A stretch of 64,000 nt of DNA from Acidimicrobiales bacterium. GTDB taxonomy: Bacteria > Actinomycetota > Acidimicrobiia > Acidimicrobiales > JACDCH01. Below, in pieces: positions 38,190 to 50,180 of the stretch (its first letter is position 1; every line of letters begins with the position of its first letter). Below the pieces are notes generated by a model, which had not been told where the DNA came from, made no database searches, and saw only the letters and a program-made list of their open reading frames with translations. The position numbers were made by a program, and so were the translations under genes. The stretch spans positions 9,097 to 73,096 of the forward strand of contig JBPCON010000051.1 in NCBI GenBank assembly GCA_051000215.1, in the 5' to 3' direction.

Positions 38190-40028
38190 ATGTCATCCAT
38201 GCGCGCCGCGGTTCGCCACCTCGCCCTTTCGGTCGTCATCATCGTCGTCGCAACCGCGTGCTCCTCGAGCACGTCGAACAGCGATGCATCGAACTCCTCC
38301 GCCTTCGGTGATCCCGGTAGCTGCGTCGTCGTCGACGTTGCCACGTCCCCGGAGAAGAACGATCTGATGTTGGCGCTCGCCAAGTCGTTCAACGCCAGTT
38401 CGGATGCCAAGCTCGGCGGTGACTGCATCTTCGTGCGCCCGCAGAAGAAGGCATCCGGTGCCGCTGCGACGTTGTTGTCGAGCAGCTGGGACGAGTCGAC
38501 CGACGGTCCCCGGCCAGTGATCTGGACTCCCGCCGCGAGCAGCTGGGGGACCATCGTCAACTCTCGGCTCACCAAGGCCGGCCAACAGCCCATCGTCAGT
38601 GCCGGCGAGCCGTTCATGGTGACGCCTCTCACGATCGCGATGCCCAAACCCATGGCCGACGCCCTCGGCTACCCCGCCAAGGCGATCGGATGGTCCGACA
38701 TACTCAGCCTCGCGACCAACAAGCAGGGCTGGGCGGCGTTCGGGCATCCTGAGTGGGGCGCGTTCAGGCTCGGCAAGACCAATCCGAACTTCTCGACCAG
38801 CGGGTTGAACTCCCTCATCGCTCAGGCCTACGCGGCGACCGGGAAGACCTCGGGCCTCTCGCTCGAGGACCTCGCGGCTCCCAACGTCGCCTCGTTCGCA
38901 ATCGGCGTCGAGTCATCGGTGGTGCACTACGGCGACACCACGCTCACCTTCCTCAACAACCTGTACAAGGCGGACCAGCGCGGAACGGCGCTCTCCTACG
39001 TCTCGGCCATCGCCGTCGAGGAGAAGTCGGTCATCGACTACAACCTGGGCAATCCCGACGGAATCCTCGACGCGGGTGAGAAGCCGCGGGCGCCTCGGAC
39101 GCCGCTCGTCGCGATCTACCCGAAGGAGGGAACGCTGTTCTCCGACAGCCCGCTCTACGTCCTTGACGCGTCCTGGGTGAGTCAGAAGCAGAAGGACGCG
39201 GCGAAGGCGTTCATCGAGTACGTGAAGCGCCCCGAGAACCAGACGCAAGTGCTGAAGTACAACTTCCGTCCGGGGAACACAGCGGTCCCCATCGCCGACC
39301 CGATCGTCGCGGCCAACGGAGTCAACCCCGACCAGCCCCAGACACTTTTCGAGGTGCCCCAGGCAGCAGTGCTGACGAAGCTCCTCGAGGCTTGGAGCGA
39401 TCAACGCAAGAAGGCGAGGGTGTCGCTCGTGCTCGACGTTTCGGGCTCGATGGGCGACCCGGCCGACCCGTCGAACGAGGAGGCGGGCACCAAGCTCGAC
39501 CTCGCAAAACAAGCTGCCATCGGCTCGATCGATCAGTTCTCCCCCGACGACGAAGTGTCGCTCACGATCTTCTCGACTGGGCTCGGCGACGGTTCGAAGG
39601 AGTTCGTCGAGCTCGTGCCGACGGGTCGCGTCGCCGACATCGGCGAGCAGCTGCGCACGAAGATCCGCGATCTGACACCGCAGAACGGCACACCTCTCTA
39701 CGACTTGACCAAAGCTTCCTACGATTCGGCGCTCGCCAGCTTCGACGCGACACGCATCAATGCCGTCGTGCTGCTCACCGACGGCCGCAACGACGACGGC
39801 AAGCCCGAAGACGACGACAAGCAGCTGCAGGACCTGGTCACCTCGTTGCGCTCCGGGAGCGAAGGCCAGGCGAACCAGCCCGTGCGTGTCTTCGCGATCG
39901 CGTACGGCACGGATGCAGACGAGTCCGCGCTCAAGACGATCGCCGACGCTGCCAGCAGCCTCGAGTACAGCGCCAAGGATCCGAAGACGATCACCAACGT
40001 CCTCAACGCGGTGATCTCGAACTTCTAG
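38190..40028 (+). CDS. substrate-binding (PBP-like) + VWA domain lipoprotein
   Basis: Signal peptide with a lipobox-like ...IIVVATA|C, an N-terminal solute-binding-like domain, and a C-terminal VWA domain with the MIDAS motif LVLDVSGSMGD plus VVLLTDGRNDDG. Confidence 0.85.
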   Translation: MSSMRAAVRHLALSVVIIVVATACSSSTSNSDASNSSAFGDPGSCVVVDVATSPEKNDLMLALAKSFNASSDAKLGGDCIFVRPQKKASGAAATLLSSSWDESTDGPRPVIWTPAASSWGTIVNSRLTKAGQQPIVSAGEPFMVTPLTIAMPKPMADALGYPAKAIGWSDILSLATNKQGWAAFGHPEWGAFRLGKTNPNFSTSGLNSLIAQAYAATGKTSGLSLEDLAAPNVASFAIGVESSVVHYGDTTLTFLNNLYKADQRGTALSYVSAIAVEEKSVIDYNLGNPDGILDAGEKPRAPRTPLVAIYPKEGTLFSDSPLYVLDASWVSQKQKDAAKAFIEYVKRPENQTQVLKYNFRPGNTAVPIADPIVAANGVNPDQPQTLFEVPQAAVLTKLLEAWSDQRKKARVSLVLDVSGSMGDPADPSNEEAGTKLDLAKQAAIGSIDQFSPDDEVSLTIFSTGLGDGSKEFVELVPTGRVADIGEQLRTKIRDLTPQNGTPLYDLTKASYDSALASFDATRINAVVLLTDGRNDDGKPEDDDKQLQDLVTSLRSGSEGQANQPVRVFAIAYGTDADESALKTIADAASSLEYSAKDPKTITNVLNAVISNF

Positions 40029-40039
40029 TGGTCCGCTAG

Positions 40040-40804
40040 ATGGCGCGCCTCACCCTCCGCGATCGGTTCTTCACGCCACCAGTGGCCCGCGCCATCACGT
40101 CGCCATCTGGGATCGTTCTGGCCGGCGTCGGCGCGTCGATCGGCATCCTTGCCGGGCTCCCCATTGTGGGTTGGGCCGCGCTCGGCGCCATCGCGTTCGC
40201 GGGTCGGGTTGCGACGGCTGTACCGCGGGGCGCGACATCCGGACGTATCGACCCGTTCGCGCTCGGCGAGCCATGGCGCCACTTCGTCTCGGCTGCCGTC
40301 CAGGCGGGCCGCAGGTTCGACGCTGCTGTGCAGGGAGCCAAGGAGGGCCCGTTGCGCGATCGCCTGCAGGAGATCGCGGGTGGCGTCGACGATGCCGTGC
40401 AGGAGTCCTGGCGCATCGCCCGCCAGGGCCAGGCGCTGTCCGACGCCCGTACCCACCTCGATGCGACAGCGGTGCAACAGGAGCTCGACGAGCTCGAGCG
40501 CTCCATCGGAAACGCGATCCCGGATCCGTCGAGCGCAACCGCAGGGACACTCAAGGCGCTCCAGGCGCAGCTCGCTTCGGCACGACGCATGGACCGGACC
40601 ATCAACGACGTCCACGACAAGCTCCGCCTGCTCGACGCGCGCCTCGACGAGTCGGTGGCCCGGGCGATCGAGCTGTCGGTCGACGCCCAGGATCCGAGCG
40701 AGCTCGGCGGTCTCGGCGACGACGTGCAAGGCATCGTGGTCGACCTCGAGGCGCTGCGCCAGGGCCTGGAGGAGACGGACCACCCCACGCCCGGGCTGGC
40801 GTGA
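40040..40804 (+). CDS. hypothetical membrane protein: N-terminal TM hairpin + cytoplasmic coiled-coil
   Basis: Two hydrophobic helices (GIVLAGVGASIGILAGL and IVGWAALGAIAFAGRVA) are followed by about 170 aa rich in heptad-like helical sequence (LDATAVQQELDELERSIG..., LRLLDARLDESVARAIELS). The codon bias is coding-like. Confidence 0.65.
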   Translation: MARLTLRDRFFTPPVARAITSPSGIVLAGVGASIGILAGLPIVGWAALGAIAFAGRVATAVPRGATSGRIDPFALGEPWRHFVSAAVQAGRRFDAAVQGAKEGPLRDRLQEIAGGVDDAVQESWRIARQGQALSDARTHLDATAVQQELDELERSIGNAIPDPSSATAGTLKALQAQLASARRMDRTINDVHDKLRLLDARLDESVARAIELSVDAQDPSELGGLGDDVQGIVVDLEALRQGLEETDHPTPGLA

Positions 40805-42507
40805 CCGTGCCGGCCCGGGCCCGGTGGGTGCACCTCAAGGGCCACAACCCGCACCTGGTCGAAGGAGCCGGGCTCACCGAGCCCGACGTGACTCGCCGCG
40901 TCGCGGTCGCCGACGCTGACCGGCGAGACGAAGCCACGAGCACGCAACGGTTGGTGCGCTCCTCTGCGGTCGTTGGCCTGGGCACTGCCCTGTCGCGAGT
41001 CACCGGGTTGCTGCGCACGATCGCGCTCGCGTACGCGCTCGGTGCCACCGCCGTCGCCGAGGGATACAACCTCGCGAACACGACGCCCAACATGGTCTAC
41101 GACCTACTGCTCGGAGGCATCCTTTCCGCGACGCTCGTCCCGGTCTTCGTCGATCGCTTCGACAACGAGGACGACGATGGGGTGTCGGCGATCATGAGCG
41201 TTGCCGCGGTTTGCCTCGTCGCGCTGACCGTGGCCGCCGTGATCGCGGCCCCGCTGATCTTCAAGCTCTACACCTGGCAGAAGCACGGTACCGATGCCGC
41301 GGAGGCGAGCCGGATCGGGGTGCCGCTGCTTCGCTTCTTCCTCCCCCAGATCTTCTTCTACGGCCTCACCGCTCTTGGCACAGCGCTGCTCAACGCGCGG
41401 CGCCGCTTCGCCGCGCCCGCGTTCGCGCCGGTGCTGAACAACCTCGTCGTGATCGCCGTGCTCGTCGCCTTCGCCCGCGTCGCTGGACGCTCGCCGAGCG
41501 TTGGGAGCGTGACCGGGAGCAGCGGACAGCTGTGGCTCCTCGGGTTGGGCACCACCGTTGGCATCGTGGTCATGGCTGTCACCCTCGGACCGGCGGTGCG
41601 AGCCGCCGGCATGCGGCTGCGGTGGCGGCCACGGCTACGCGACCCAGCCGTGCGCAAGGTGGCGTCGCTGTCGGGGTGGACCTTCGGCTACGTCCTCGCA
41701 AACCAGGTGGCCCTGGTGGTGAGCTTGGCCCTCGCCGGACGCGAGCCGGGAGGGGTCAGCTGGTACACGTACGCGTTCATCTTCTTCCAGCTCCCTTACG
41801 GCTTGTTCGCCGTCTCCGTCATGACAACGGTGACGCCTGACCTCTCCGCCGCTGCATCGGCAGGCGACCAGTCGAGCTTCCGCGAGCGCTTCGCGCTCGG
41901 CGGGCGGCTCATGACCCTGGTCGTGCTGCCATCCTCGATCGGCATGGTCGTCCTAGCGCGGCCACTCGTGAACGTGCTGCTCGGCCGGGGCTCGTTCACC
42001 GCAGCCGACGCCACGGGCACCGCGCAGACCTTGGCGTGGTTCGCGGCCGGTCTCGTCTTCTTCTCCCTGTACCTCTTCGCGCTGCGAGGCTTCTATGCCC
42101 TGCACGACACGAAGACGCCCTTTCTCATCAACCTGGGCGAGAACGCGCTCAACATCGTGCTGGCGTTCGCTCTGGTGGGGCGCTACGGGGTGCCCGGGCT
42201 GGCGGCCGCCTACTCCGTGTCCTACCTCGTCGCCTGTGTCGTCGCGCTCGGCGCGTTGCGCCACCGCGCCGGCGGGCTCGGCGGCCGCGCGCTCCTCGCG
42301 CCGATCGCGAGGATGGTCGCCGGCGGTGTCGCCATGGGTGCTGTGATCGTTGGGGTCGGTCACACCATCGGAGGGAGCACCGGGGTTGGGGGCATTGTTC
42401 GCATCTCGGTCTCGGTCGTGCTCGGCGCCGCGGTGTACTTCGGCGCCGCGTTCGTGCTGCGCATCGACGATGTCCGCGCGGGCGCCAACCGCCTCGCTCG
42501 GCGATAG
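40801..42507 (+). CDS. murJ: lipid II flippase MurJ (MviN)
   Basis: LVRSSAVVGLGTALSRVTGLLRTIALAYALGAT...YNLANTTPNMVYDLLLGGILSATLVPVF is the MurJ N-terminal signature and the protein is polytopic. Start is uncertain: GTG at 40801 (GTGA overlap), or 40828 or 40888. Confidence 0.88.
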   Translation: MTVPARARWVHLKGHNPHLVEGAGLTEPDVTRRVAVADADRRDEATSTQRLVRSSAVVGLGTALSRVTGLLRTIALAYALGATAVAEGYNLANTTPNMVYDLLLGGILSATLVPVFVDRFDNEDDDGVSAIMSVAAVCLVALTVAAVIAAPLIFKLYTWQKHGTDAAEASRIGVPLLRFFLPQIFFYGLTALGTALLNARRRFAAPAFAPVLNNLVVIAVLVAFARVAGRSPSVGSVTGSSGQLWLLGLGTTVGIVVMAVTLGPAVRAAGMRLRWRPRLRDPAVRKVASLSGWTFGYVLANQVALVVSLALAGREPGGVSWYTYAFIFFQLPYGLFAVSVMTTVTPDLSAAASAGDQSSFRERFALGGRLMTLVVLPSSIGMVVLARPLVNVLLGRGSFTAADATGTAQTLAWFAAGLVFFSLYLFALRGFYALHDTKTPFLINLGENALNIVLAFALVGRYGVPGLAAAYSVSYLVACVVALGALRHRAGGLGGRALLAPIARMVAGGVAMGAVIVGVGHTIGGSTGVGGIVRISVSVVLGAAVYFGAAFVLRIDDVRAGANRLARR

Positions 42508-42516
42508 TGTCCGCGC

Positions 42517-43341
42517 ATGTTCAAGGCCCTCCGGCGGATGTGGAAGTACATGGCAGCGAAGCTCAGCGGCGACTTCGAGGCGCGCGCTGACCCCAAGGTG
42601 CAGCTCGAGCAAGCGATCCTCGAAGCGCACGACCAGCATCGCCGCCTCAGGGAGCAAGCCGCGAACCTCATCGCCATGCAGAAGCAGAGCGAGATGCGCT
42701 TGAACCGCGACATGGAGCAGCTCGAGCGGCTGAACGGCAACGCCCGTCAAGCCGTGCTCATGGCCGACGATGCCGACAAGAAGGGCGACAAGGCGCGCAT
42801 GGAGGAGCTGACGCGGGCCGCTGAGGCCATCGCCCAGCAGCTGATCGCGCTCGAGGCCACCATCGACAAGGAGAAGACCGACCTCCTCAGCGCCACCTCG
42901 GCTTCTGAGCAGGCGAAGGCCTCGGTGCAGCAGAACTCTTCAGCGCTGCAGAAGAAGCTGACCGAGCGCAACCAGCTGCTCGGCCAGCTCGAGCAGGCGA
43001 AGATGCAAGAGCAGATGAACAGGGCCATGGCGTCGCTCTCCGAGGCCGTCGGCGAGGACGTGCCCACGCTCGACGAGGTCCGCAACAAGATCGAGGCGCG
43101 CTACGCCAAGGCCAAGGGGATGCAGGAGCTCTCCGGCTCATCGGTCGAGAACCACATGCTCGAGATCGAGCAAGCTGCCCGCAGCTCGGAGGCCCAGGGC
43201 CGCCTCGCCGAGATACGAGCACAGCTCGGGCTCGCGCCGGCTGCCGCTGAAACGCCAGCCGTCGGGACCCCCGCCAGCGACCCCGCCAGCCAACAGGTGG
43301 CCGAACCCACCCCCCAAGAGGGCACGACGCCCAGCGTCTGA
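42517..43341 (+). CDS. pspA: PspA/IM30 (Vipp1) family membrane-stress protein
   Basis: MFKALRRMWKYMAAKLSGDFEARADPKVQLEQAILEAHDQHRRL is a typical PspA/IM30 N-terminus and the protein is coiled-coil throughout. Confidence 0.9.
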   Translation: MFKALRRMWKYMAAKLSGDFEARADPKVQLEQAILEAHDQHRRLREQAANLIAMQKQSEMRLNRDMEQLERLNGNARQAVLMADDADKKGDKARMEELTRAAEAIAQQLIALEATIDKEKTDLLSATSASEQAKASVQQNSSALQKKLTERNQLLGQLEQAKMQEQMNRAMASLSEAVGEDVPTLDEVRNKIEARYAKAKGMQELSGSSVENHMLEIEQAARSSEAQGRLAEIRAQLGLAPAAAETPAVGTPASDPASQQVAEPTPQEGTTPSV

Positions 43342-43342
43342 G

Positions 43343-46881
<3,539 letters not shown>

Positions 46882-47136
46882 TCAGTCGAGCGGGAGGACG
46901 TCGACGACGCGTCGGCCCTTGCGCTGACCGAACTTCACCGAGCCATCGGCGAGCGCGAAGAGCGTGTCGTCGCCGCCCCGCCCGACGTTGTCACCGGGGT
47001 GGAAGCGCGTGCCGCGCTGGCGCATGATGATGGCGCCGGGCTTCACGATGGTCCCGTCGAACACCTTGACGCCGAGGCGCTGCGCGTTGGAGTCGCGGCC
47101 GTTCTTGGTTGAGCCTGCGCCCTTCGTCTTCGACAT
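46882..47136 (-). CDS. rpmA: 50S ribosomal protein L27
   Basis: [24 protein letters not shown]...[13 protein letters not shown] is the L27 signature. Confidence 0.93.
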   Translation of the reverse strand: MSKTKGAGSTKNGRDSNAQRLGVKVFDGTIVKPGAIIMRQRGTRFHPGDNVGRGGDDTLFALADGSVKFGQRKGRRVVDVLPLD

Positions 47137-47145
47137 GACGCTCTC

Positions 47146-47460
47146 CTAGATCCCGGCCGAGATCGCGGTGATCTCGATGGTGTCGTACTTCTGACGGTGG
47201 CCCCAGCGCACTCGAGACCGCGACTTGTTCTTGTACTTGAAGCCCGTGATCTTTGGGCCCTTGGTCTCCGCGACGACGCGGGCGGTGACCGAAGCCCCCG
47301 AGAGCTCATCGGGGGTCGAGAGGACGCTGTCGCCATCGACGACCAGGATGGGCGTCAGCGTGATGTCGCTGCCGACGGCCTGGCCGAGCAGCTCGACGTC
47401 GAGCCGCTGGCCCTCGGCCACTCGGGCCTGCTTCCCACCGGTCTTGATGACTGCGTACAT
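47146..47460 (-). CDS. rplU: 50S ribosomal protein L21
   Basis: MYAVIKTGGKQARVAEGQRLDVE is the L21 N-terminus. Confidence 0.93.
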   Translation of the reverse strand: MYAVIKTGGKQARVAEGQRLDVELLGQAVGSDITLTPILVVDGDSVLSTPDELSGASVTARVVAETKGPKITGFKYKNKSRSRVRWGHRQKYDTIEITAISAGI

Positions 47461-47507
47461 AGGGGGTCGACCTTACCGGATGAGGTGCGCGGTCAGCGAA
47501 GCAGGCT

Positions 47508-49406
47508 TCAGTCCTTGGGCAGGATCTCCTCGTCGAAGACGAGCCCACGGCCCTCGCACATCGGGCACATCGACGTGAACGACTCGAGCAGGCCCTCGCC
47601 GATGCGCTTGCGGGTCATCTCCACCAAGCCGAGGTCGGAGATGTCGAACACCTGCGTTCGGGTCTTGTCGCGGGCAAGGGCATCACGGAACACCTTGATG
47701 ACCCTGTCGCGGTTCGCCCTGACCTCCATGTCGATGAAGTCGATGACGACGATCCCGCCGATGTCGCGCAACCGCAACTGCCGGGCGACCTCGACTGCAG
47801 CCTCCAAGTTGTTCTTGTAGACCGTCTCCTCGAGGCTCGACGTACCCACGTTCTTGCCCGTGTTGACGTCGATGACGGTGAGCGCCTCGGTGTGCTCGAT
47901 GATCAGGGAGCCCCCGGACGGCAACCACACCTTCCGGTCGAGAGCCTTGTGGAGCTGCTCATGGACGTGATGACGCTCGAAGAGCGGGAGCGGCTCGACG
48001 GAGGTGTCGAAGTACTCGACGCGGTCGGCAAGGGCAGGGGAGATCGAAGCGACGTAGTCACGGACCTCGTCGTAGAGCGCCGGGTCGTCGATGACGACGC
48101 CGCGGTATTCAGCGTTGAACTCCTCGCGGATCACGCGGACCGCCATGTCGGGTTCGCGGTAGAGCAGGTTCGGGGCTTGCGAACGCTTCGCCAGACCCTC
48201 GATCTGCTCCCATTGGCGCAAGAGGCGCAGCACGTCGCGCTCGATCTCCTCCGATGTGACGTTCTCTGCTGCGGTGCGCACGATGACACCGTGGTGTGCG
48301 GGCTTGACCCGGTCGAGGATCGAGCGCAGCCGCTTTCGCTCCTCGTCTGGCAGACGCTTGGAGATCCCGTACGTGGCGCTGTTGGGGATCAGGACGACGA
48401 ACCGCCCGGGGAGTGAGACCTCCTGGGTCAGGCGCGCGCCCTTGTGGGCAATCGGGTTCTTCGTGACCTGACACACGATCGTCTGCTTGGCGCGCAGGAT
48501 GTGCTCGATGCGCACGTCGTTGCCCTTCTCGACGACATCCTCAGGGTCGTATTGCACGTCGCCCCGGTAGAGGACGGCGTTCTTGGGTGTGCCGATGTCG
48601 ATGAAGGCTGCCTCCATGCCCGGCAGCACGTTCTGTACCTTGCCGACGTAGACGTTGCCGTGGATCTGGCTGATGTCGTCGGCCGGGCGCGAGACGTAGT
48701 GCTCGAGCAGCGCACGACCCTCGAGCACGGCGATCTGGGTGGAGCCGGGCTGGACGTGGACGGCCATGAGGTAGCGCCCGACGGGACGGCCGTTGCGTTC
48801 GCGGCCGCGGCGACCCTCGAGTGCAGAGTCGTCGAGCTCGAGCGGGTCGTCGTCGACGAGCAGTGCCCGCACCGGATCGACCGCACCACGCCCTGTCCTC
48901 TTGTCGCCGCCTCCGCCTTGGGTCCTCTGGCCTTGGCCGCCGCCCGAACGGCCCCGACCACCGCGGCGGCGGCGGCGCTTGGGGCCAGTCCCGCCATCGC
49001 CTGCTTCCTCGCCGCTGCCTGGCTGGCGCGCCGGTGGCGAGGGTGATTCGCCGGCTGGCGCTGGCCGGCTGTCGCCGATCTGTGGCTTGCGAACGAGCGC
49101 GCGCGCGGCCACCTCGGGATCCTGCGCCCGACCCTCGATCGGGCGGTCGGGCAAGTCATCGGGTTGGCGAGCCGGGTCGGGCGCGCCGAGCTCATCGCCC
49201 TCTGAGCCCTCCTCGACCGGCCGGGTCGCTCGGGTGCGGTTGCGCCCGCCTCTCGAGCCGCGGCGGCGCCGGTTGGCCGACGATGCTGTCGCGTCGTCCT
49301 CCTGGGGGCCTTCGTTGGCCTCGGTGCTCGGTGGCTCAGGGACGCTCGACGTCGATGCCGGACGTTCTGGTGGGGTTGGCTGACCCTCGGTGACGGGCTC
49401 GGACAT
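47508..49406 (-). CDS. rne: ribonuclease E/G family (Rne) with Arg/Pro/Gly-rich disordered N-terminal extension
   Basis: S1 domain (GNVYVGKVQNVLPGMEAAFIDIG), a catalytic core (VIDVNTGK, IVVIDFIDM), and a Zn-link CPMCEGRG. Confidence 0.9.
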   Translation of the reverse strand: MSEPVTEGQPTPPERPASTSSVPEPPSTEANEGPQEDDATASSANRRRRGSRGGRNRTRATRPVEEGSEGDELGAPDPARQPDDLPDRPIEGRAQDPEVAARALVRKPQIGDSRPAPAGESPSPPARQPGSGEEAGDGGTGPKRRRRRGGRGRSGGGQGQRTQGGGGDKRTGRGAVDPVRALLVDDDPLELDDSALEGRRGRERNGRPVGRYLMAVHVQPGSTQIAVLEGRALLEHYVSRPADDISQIHGNVYVGKVQNVLPGMEAAFIDIGTPKNAVLYRGDVQYDPEDVVEKGNDVRIEHILRAKQTIVCQVTKNPIAHKGARLTQEVSLPGRFVVLIPNSATYGISKRLPDEERKRLRSILDRVKPAHHGVIVRTAAENVTSEEIERDVLRLLRQWEQIEGLAKRSQAPNLLYREPDMAVRVIREEFNAEYRGVVIDDPALYDEVRDYVASISPALADRVEYFDTSVEPLPLFERHHVHEQLHKALDRKVWLPSGGSLIIEHTEALTVIDVNTGKNVGTSSLEETVYKNNLEAAVEVARQLRLRDIGGIVVIDFIDMEVRANRDRVIKVFRDALARDKTRTQVFDISDLGLVEMTRKRIGEGLLESFTSMCPMCEGRGLVFDEEILPKD

Positions 49407-49421
49407 TCGGAAGTTCCCTTC

Positions 49422-50180
49422 TCACGACGCGCACTCCTCGAGTGCACGGAGCGACGTCGCGGGGGTTGCGAGCGCAAGTGGCTCGGTCAGCGCGCCGTCG
49501 GTCGAGATCCATTGGTGCAACCTGCAGGTGCGCAACTCGATCGCCTCGGGGCCGATGAGGCCCACCAGCTCGGAGGGGCGCAGGCCCCGAGCCTGGGTCG
49601 CCAAGTCGGCGATCAGCTCGATGCCGTCTTCGAATCCATCGTCTTCGCAACGATCCCTGTCGTCACCGACGGTGAGGCTGACGATGGCGGGACGCACGTC
49701 GTCGACGACCGCATGGCCTTTGCGCTCGCGGGAAGCGACGAGCGTCTCGGCAGCGACGACCCTCGCCACCTGCTCGGTGAGCTCGGCGCGGCTGAGCCCA
49801 CCGACGATTATGCGCCACGTTGAGCGCTCGACAGCTTGCTGCAACGACGGCGTGCCCGGCGCGATCTCGATCGCGCCCTGAACCGCGATGCCGACGGGCA
49901 GGACGGGACCGAGGCGAGCGACGAGGTCGTCGATGCCCATGCGGGCTGCCAGATCGATGTCGAGGTACTCCCCCACCGACTCGTGGCTGGTCGAGAGGGC
50001 AAGCCCGAAGCTGAGGCGCGCGTGCGGGTTGAACCCCAGGGTGAGCGCAACTGGCACCTCGGCCCGGCGCAACACCCGCTCCCACACGCGAGCGATGTCG
50101 CGGTGGCTGGTGAAGCGGATCTTGCCGAGCTTCGAGTAGCGCAACCGCACGGTCATGACGACGTTCGAGACGCCGCTCAT
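49422..50180 (-). CDS. DUF2344 / TIGR03936-type radical-SAM-associated protein
   Basis: RLRYSKLGKIRFTSHRDIARVWERVLRRAEVPVALTLGFNPHARLSF is typical of this family as I recall it. ATG at 50180 overlaps the upstream radical-SAM stop (ATGA). Confidence 0.85.
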   Translation of the reverse strand: MSGVSNVVMTVRLRYSKLGKIRFTSHRDIARVWERVLRRAEVPVALTLGFNPHARLSFGLALSTSHESVGEYLDIDLAARMGIDDLVARLGPVLPVGIAVQGAIEIAPGTPSLQQAVERSTWRIIVGGLSRAELTEQVARVVAAETLVASRERKGHAVVDDVRPAIVSLTVGDDRDRCEDDGFEDGIELIADLATQARGLRPSELVGLIGPEAIELRTCRLHQWISTDGALTEPLALATPATSLRALEECAS

